In this document: piece by piece, positions 27,266-32,000 of the stretch | Layout: each line of letters starts with the position of its first letter | Position numbering within the stretch: position 1 is the stretch's first letter | Assembly: GCF_900129355.1 (NCBI RefSeq) | Contig: NZ_FQVL01000008.1 | Location: 99,155-131,154, forward strand | Direction of reading: 5' to 3' | DNA length: 32,000 nt | From: Seinonella peptonophila | GTDB taxonomy: Bacteria > Bacillota > Bacilli > Thermoactinomycetales > Thermoactinomycetaceae | Program-made: the position numbers and the translations under genes | The notes under the pieces: generated by a model | What the model was told of the DNA's origin: nothing | What the model saw: the letters and a program-made list of their open reading frames with translations, nothing else | Databases searched by the model: none

Positions 27266-27685
27266 ATGAAAAAATCCCTGATTTTTGTATCACTACTTGC
27301 TTTTTCTTTGCTAGTCCCTTTTTCAGCTTTTGCAGATACAGGATCATCGGCTAGCTCTGGACTGTTCATTTCCAAAGCACCTCACCAAATCCCTGGAGAA
27401 CCACCTGGTTTGAACCCATCGATTCCTGATACACCACCTGATGGTAGCAAAACAGAAGAGGAATATACACAAAAATATTTAGAAGACAACTATACTAAAT
27501 TCAAAGAAGCTGAAAATGGAACATGGTGGCGAGGAAACCCTAATAAAGGAATTCCTGATTATGTAATGGTATTTGTATGGAATAATAGTAAACAGGATGC
27601 TCTAAATATTGCTAAATTTTGGATGCAAAACGACGGTGAAAACTTAAAAAAAGCTGAACCATTTCCTACCCCAATAGCGAAATAA
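27266..27685 (+). CDS. Small secreted protein of unknown function
   Basis: ATG 27266 follows aaaggagg. The signal peptide MKKSLIFVSLLAFSLLVPFSAFA|DT is followed by a Pro-rich linker. No family recognised. Confidence 0.6.
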   Translation: MKKSLIFVSLLAFSLLVPFSAFADTGSSASSGLFISKAPHQIPGEPPGLNPSIPDTPPDGSKTEEEYTQKYLEDNYTKFKEAENGTWWRGNPNKGIPDYVMVFVWNNSKQDALNIAKFWMQNDGENLKKAEPFPTPIAK

Positions 27686-27765
27686 GAATTCTCACATATA
27701 CTAAGAAATAATCATCCACTTCATTCTTGGAGAATAGAAGTTCTATCAAGCACTCCTTAGACTGA

Positions 27766-27803
27766 AAAAAGCACTTCTGAAAATCTATTCAGAAGTGCTT
27801 TTT
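27766..27803 (+). terminator. Rho-independent terminator
   Basis: aaaaagcacttctga aaatctat tcagaagtgcttttt. Confidence 0.85.
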
Positions 27804-27858
27804 GTACGGTGCTAGGTGTAATGCCCGCTGCACATTATGCAACGGGTTTCGCCAATTT

Positions 27859-27913
27859 TTAAATTTCTACTAAGCAAAGCATGAAATCTTATCGAATGAT
27901 TGTGGCAATCCAT
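27859..27913 (+). repeat. 55-bp direct repeat, copy A
   Basis: 45 of 55 identical to 29411-29465. Shared blocks are ttaaatttctactaa and atcgaatgatt. Confidence 0.75.
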
Positions 27914-27960
27914 ATGTAGATGTAAAATTAAGTAATTATGACAACAATTTATATCTACAT
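27914..27960. promoter_or_regulatory. Long imperfect inverted repeat upstream of the second hxlR
   Basis: atgtagatgtaaaatt ... aatttatatctacat, with the outer 8 bp perfect. Confidence 0.3.
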
Positions 27961-27988
27961 CGATTTAACTTCGCAAGGAGCTGATCAG

Positions 27989-28351
27989 GTGGTAAAAGAA
28001 AACTATCGGTATCCGATTGAATTTACCATAGATTTAATTAGTGGAAAATGGAAACCACTACTCTTGTTTATTCTCATCCAAGAAGGAACCAAACGTTTTG
28101 GAGAACTCCGACGGATTATTCCAGAAGTTACGCAAGGGGTACTAACTACCCAACTTCGAGAACTGGAACGAGATGGTTTAATCAGTCGAAATGTATATCC
28201 AGAGATTCCACCACGAGTTGAGTATTCGATTACTCAACATGGTAAAACTTTGCTTCCTATCTTAAAGAGGATGTGCGATTGGGGAAGTACTCAAATCGAG
28301 CGACATTCAGTTCAGGCTCATGGTAAAAAACTAGCCTCTAAGAAAGAATAG
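27989..28351 (+). CDS. HxlR-family (DUF24) transcriptional regulator
   Basis: GTG 27989 lies 8 nt after aaggag. [45 protein letters not shown] and [12 protein letters not shown] are HxlR signatures. The ORF-track start at 27938 has no RBS. Confidence 0.88.
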   Translation: MVKENYRYPIEFTIDLISGKWKPLLLFILIQEGTKRFGELRRIIPEVTQGVLTTQLRELERDGLISRNVYPEIPPRVEYSITQHGKTLLPILKRMCDWGSTQIERHSVQAHGKKLASKKE

Positions 28352-28514
28352 AGGCTAGTTCTTCAATTCTTTTATTCGTCGGACTTCCTACTCCATTTAT
28401 CTGATCATCCACTTGAAAGGTTGCGTTCACGAGTTACGAATGTGCCGATTCATTCCGCTTGTAATCGTTCACAGATCACGCAAGAGAATTACCTATCTTA
28501 ACATATTGAAGTCT

Positions 28515-28559
28515 TTCCGCTCTCTTATATACCCCACATAGGTATATAAGAGAGCGGAA
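28515..28559. terminator. Perfect 19-bp stem between convergent genes
   Basis: ttccgctctcttatatacc ccacata ggtatataagagagcggaa. Confidence 0.7.
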
Positions 28560-28597
28560 TCATCTTATCTTTTGCGTTAGATGATGAAAGCTGATTC

Positions 28598-29137
28598 TTA
28601 GCGGTATAGGGCTTCGGCAGGTGCCAGAATATGATCAAGATATCGTTTAGCTGCTTCTTTTAGAGCAGCACCCGTTGCTCGATCGGCATTATAAGTGGCA
28701 AAGGCAGGAAGAAAGGTACCATTGCAACGGTTAATCGTCGCCTGGATCGGTCTCAGATACTCGCTTATCGTAAACCAATTTCTTCCACCTGATCGATATT
28801 CGTTTTCGGGACCTCCTGTTGTTGTTGCAACAATAAAATCCTTTCCTTTTAGCGCTTCACCACCAGGGCCAAAAGCCCATCCATAAGTTAAAACTTGATC
28901 AAACCATTCTTTTAAAAGCGGCGGACAGCTATACCAATAGAAAGGAAATTGTAAAACAATCCGATCAACCCCTAGCAACAGTTGTTGCTCACGTTCAATA
29001 TCGATCTTTCCATCTGGATATTCCTCATATAACTTTCGTACTTGAATGGTCGAATGATTGCTCAATTCTTTTGCCATTGCAGAGTTGGCTCGTGAGTCCT
29101 TTAAGTTTGGATGTGCAATGATAACCATCATTTTCAT
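28598..29137 (-). CDS. Flavodoxin-like-fold NAD(P)H oxidoreductase (YwrO/KefF/general stress protein 14-like)
   Basis: 179 aa. MVIIAHPNLKDSRAN, DRIVLQFPFYWYSCPPLLKEWFDQVLTYGWAFG is characteristic of the Flavodoxin_2 quinone-reductase family. Confidence 0.85.
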   Translation of the reverse strand: MKMMVIIAHPNLKDSRANSAMAKELSNHSTIQVRKLYEEYPDGKIDIEREQQLLLGVDRIVLQFPFYWYSCPPLLKEWFDQVLTYGWAFGPGGEALKGKDFIVATTTGGPENEYRSGGRNWFTISEYLRPIQATINRCNGTFLPAFATYNADRATGAALKEAAKRYLDHILAPAEALYR

Positions 29138-29199
29138 AAATCATTTCATCCTTTCAACAAATTGATATTATTATTATGTATGGTTGATAAAAATCAGAG

Positions 29200-29262
29200 A
29201 AGTACTTAGTTGTTTCTGACCTAGTATGCTAGAACATACTAATAGCAGCTAGACAAGTACTT
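29200..29262. promoter_or_regulatory. Three-part palindromic operator candidate upstream of the oxidoreductase
   Basis: AAGTACTT-N14-TAGTATGctagaaCATACTA-N13-AAGTACTT. The central 7-6-7 dyad is perfect (29222-29241). Confidence 0.4.
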
Positions 29263-29410
29263 TCCCTATGCTTGGAATTTTATGGTCAATCAATCCTATC
29301 AAAACCTTGGCGTCTGAGGAGACTCGAACAGTTTGCTCGAAAGGAAAATGCTGCTTCAGCTGTCATTCCGCTTAGATACGCCGAAATGGAACTTTGCCGA
29401 TCACCTCTTC

Positions 29411-29465
29411 TTAAATTTCTACTAAAAAAAGTACGAAGTCTGATCGAATGATTATGGTACTTCAT
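29411..29465 (+). repeat. 55-bp direct repeat, copy B
   Basis: See copy A. The two copies are 1552 bp apart in the same orientation. Confidence 0.75.
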
Positions 29466-29580
29466 TTATAAGAGGATTGTGACTTCTTAACACTTAACAT
29501 TCGACTTTATTGCTATGATTCTCGATTTTGAACAAAAGACACATCTTCATCTTGTCTTGATCCTTTTAGCACTCATTTGA

Positions 29581-31266
29581 CTACGATCCCCCAAGCACAG
29601 CATTTACAATATGATTCAATCGATTTTGATATTCATCTAAGGTCTGTGGAACATGTCCTACAGATGGTTCCAAGATAAATTCCCAATGTAACCCCCTTAT
29701 TTTCGCCTGTTCGACCAAAGCACTCGATTCTGAGTAATCGACGACCTCATCTTGATCACCCTGGATCACTGTAACCGGTATATTTTGATTGATCAGATAA
29801 CGGTCTGGTGAAAATTCAGCATGAAAATCACCAAATCGTTCTTGAAACCAACGCTTATATTGAGGTGACGCTAAACGCTTCACATGTCTTTCCAAGCTGA
29901 CCATTGGTGATACAGCGATAATTCGCTGTAGTTGCGATCGCAATGAGCCTGCTAACAAAGCTAGGCTTGCTCCAAAACTCACTCCATACAAGACCAGCTC
30001 ATTTTCATCCAGACCATAGTGATCGGATAAGTATTCTACTAAGGCATCGATCTCTTCACCAAAGCATTTCTTCCATTTTTTCCATGGCCGTTTCTTATGC
30101 ATCATACCTAGCTGAGAAGACCCTGAATAATTTAGTACAACTACCATCCAACCCGCTTTTAACATCACTCGGTACAAACCTAAATACCGAAGCTCATCAT
30201 ACTCACACGACTCAGGGCCTCCATGTAGAGAGACCATACATCCTTTGATCTGTTCATGTGGTGTGTAGACTAAGAGATGGAGAGATGAGACAATATGCCG
30301 ATCACCGATACACGTATCTTTTATAAAGCCAGGTAACTTTGTTATTTTCTGTTCTTGTGATATCAGAAGCCACTCCGTGCCATTTAATAAACTTTCTTTT
30401 TCAAGCAAAACATGGTGGTTAAATCGATTGGAAATGCGCACACTTCCCTGCATATCAATCGGTTCACTTTTAGTACCATCTAATTCAATATACTGAATAA
30501 AATGATTTCCATTTTGATTAAGAATAACCAGCAATTGCTCATCTTTCATCCATGCCGCATCGACAACAGCATTATTCGTGCAAATGGTTGAGATCATTTT
30601 TTGATCTAATGTATTGAGAATCTTTAATTCAGACCCTTGCTCTAACTCATGCTCAAGACAGAAATAATCCCGATTACTACATAAATAACGATCCTTGATC
30701 ACCACTTCTTTAGCATGAAAAGGAAGTGAGACAACAAGTTCAGATGAATCAGGGGTGCGATCACGAAGCGACAACAGAATTTGACGATTCCGGTGATAAT
30801 ACACTATGTTTTCATATCCTCCTCTTATCCGCTTCCATGCTTTACCATAGATTTGTAAAGAGAAAATTTCATTTCTGTTTGCTTGCGTTTGAACTACCAC
30901 ACAAATATATGTTGGATCATCTGCTGCTAGACAAGCATCGACCAATAATTCGATTTCAGAGGGCATCTGATAGCTTGCTGTTACTCGCCAGCTTCCGTCC
31001 ATATTCATTTCCTTTATTTGAACAATACGTTGATCAAGAACCGATATCATGATCAAAATGGGACGATTATCTGGAAATAATAGTGCTTGATCTTCTTCAG
31101 TCAATACATAGATTGTATCCAAACGACAAGTAGCTCTATGATAAATAACGACTGCTAAAGGCTCCATATATTGGATCAATACGGGATTTTGGTCGGCATC
31201 GAATCCGACCAAACGATGGAGATAGTGCTGATAAATCTCATGAAATACTTTTTCTTGCTTTCTCAT
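29581..31266 (-). CDS. S9-family (prolyl-oligopeptidase-type) serine hydrolase with an unassigned N-terminal domain
   Basis: 561 aa. The C-terminal alpha/beta-hydrolase region has SLHGGPES, the nucleophile elbow GVSFGA, VIQGDQDEVV (Asp) and SVGHV (His). RBS agaaggtg lies 6 nt before the ATG. Confidence 0.78.
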   Translation of the reverse strand: MRKQEKVFHEIYQHYLHRLVGFDADQNPVLIQYMEPLAVVIYHRATCRLDTIYVLTEEDQALLFPDNRPILIMISVLDQRIVQIKEMNMDGSWRVTASYQMPSEIELLVDACLAADDPTYICVVVQTQANRNEIFSLQIYGKAWKRIRGGYENIVYYHRNRQILLSLRDRTPDSSELVVSLPFHAKEVVIKDRYLCSNRDYFCLEHELEQGSELKILNTLDQKMISTICTNNAVVDAAWMKDEQLLVILNQNGNHFIQYIELDGTKSEPIDMQGSVRISNRFNHHVLLEKESLLNGTEWLLISQEQKITKLPGFIKDTCIGDRHIVSSLHLLVYTPHEQIKGCMVSLHGGPESCEYDELRYLGLYRVMLKAGWMVVVLNYSGSSQLGMMHKKRPWKKWKKCFGEEIDALVEYLSDHYGLDENELVLYGVSFGASLALLAGSLRSQLQRIIAVSPMVSLERHVKRLASPQYKRWFQERFGDFHAEFSPDRYLINQNIPVTVIQGDQDEVVDYSESSALVEQAKIRGLHWEFILEPSVGHVPQTLDEYQNRLNHIVNAVLGGS

Positions 31267-32000
31267 CTATAGCACCTTCTTTACTTGAGCGATTCACAGA
31301 TTGAACGAGGGTGTAAAACAGAGGAAATAGTACTGAGTTGAGAATCGTAATCCCCCCGCTCACGAACAAAGCATAGTGAGTATGTAGCTGAAATAACCAG
31401 CCACCCAATGATCCACCTAAGGCATCACCTATAAAAAATGCCGATTGAAGAAGTCCAAAGAAAAAACCAACCAAATGACTAGGGAATAGTGATAACTGGA
31501 TCAACTCTTCACATATCACCGAAATCGTGAGTAAAAAAGACCGTAGCAGGAAAGCAAAGACAACCATAATAGCAGGTAGTTGATAAGTAAGCATCAACAC
31601 AAGCATACCTGTGATCAATTCTGCAAAAAAGAAATAAGCCACCTTGTGTTGATTGAATTTTTTATTACTAAAAAAAGGGGCGCTAATTGCCCTTATGATA
31701 CTCGTAGCGGCGATGATGATCCCCAAAGCAGCTATGTTAAAACCTTGCTCCTTTAAAATAATCGGCAAAAATGGAGCAAGCATACTAACAGACAGACCAG
31801 ACATCATACCAAAGAACACCACACCTGTTGAGATCAATAAATGATCTTGCCATCGACCTTTTTGCTTATCCTGTTTCTCCACATTTCTAGTCTGCATGTT
31901 AGGGACTAAAAATGCAGTGAATCCACATAAAATGGCAGACAAAACAAGGACTGTTGGATATGAAAAGGATGGTGCTCCTAAGATCATGGCCAGAAAGCCT
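31238..32000 (-). CDS. MFS transporter, C-terminal part (5' end beyond the window)
   Basis: Hydrophobic with multiple TM segments. The reading frame stays open upstream of the ORF-track Met to the window edge. Its stop overlaps the peptidase start by 29 nt. Confidence 0.72.
   Translation of the reverse strand, partial: GFLAMILGAPSFSYPTVLVLSAILCGFTAFLVPNMQTRNVEKQDKQKGRWQDHLLISTGVVFFGMMSGLSVSMLAPFLPIILKEQGFNIAALGIIIAATSIIRAISAPFFSNKKFNQHKVAYFFFAELITGMLVLMLTYQLPAIMVVFAFLLRSFLLTISVICEELIQLSLFPSHLVGFFFGLLQSAFFIGDALGGSLGGWLFQLHTHYALFVSGGITILNSVLFPLFYTLVQSVNRSSKEGAIDEKARKSIS

Noticed and set aside
27812-29465. The two minus-strand mini-ORFs starting in the 55-bp repeats (27812..27913 and 29286..29465) as real genes.
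   Set aside because: Neither has a ribosome-binding site, and their C-terminal parts are unrelated. The shared N-termini may simply reflect the DNA repeat. They are mentioned in the repeat finding but not called as CDSs.
1-32000. Search for CRISPR arrays, tRNA/rRNA genes, T-boxes, transposase or integrase genes and classical defence-system genes.
   Set aside because: No regularly spaced repeats, no GGTTCGAATCC-type T-arms, no IS-like terminal repeats with a transposase ORF, and no nuclease, helicase or methylase-type ORFs were seen.

Overview
This looks like a low-GC Firmicutes (Bacillales-like) chromosomal window with about 30 supportable genes. I found no rRNA, tRNA, CRISPR array, transposase or integrase.

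Layout from left to right:
- 1-4.1 kb: a decayed RHS/YD-repeat core fragment at the left edge, an atypical and visibly GC-richer ABC exporter, and an AT-rich patch with a truncated haemoglobin and a small membrane ORF.
- 4.4-8.9 kb: the Bacillus-type methionine salvage block, mtnE, then a SAM-I (S-box) riboswitch, then mtnW-mtnX-mtnB-mtnD.
- 8.9-10.6 kb: an ORF-poor stretch holding only hairpins and mini-ORFs.
- 10.6-11.8 kb: an MFS transporter.
- 11.9-17.4 kb: a tightly coupled six-gene minus-strand operon matching the experimentally uncharacterised yhfZ-Y-X-W-U-T cluster. It encodes a regulator, a PRD-only protein, a PLP racemase-like enzyme, a phosphopentomutase-like enzyme, a DUF2620 protein and a polytopic membrane protein. 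This is the best candidate for an undescribed system in the window.
- 17.5-21.5 kb: a PTS EIICB-nanE-rpiR-EIIA(Glc) cluster, transcribed divergently from the yhf-like operon.
- 21.5-32 kb: an unannotated 31-aa CxxC/CxxC mini-protein, three regulator/oxidoreductase pairs (MerR-SDR, NmrA-HxlR, HxlR-YwrO-like), gene remnants, a diverged 55-bp direct repeat bracketing the second HxlR module, and an overlapping MFS/S9-peptidase pair that runs off the right edge.

All functional calls rest on motif and family recognition by eye. No database search was run.
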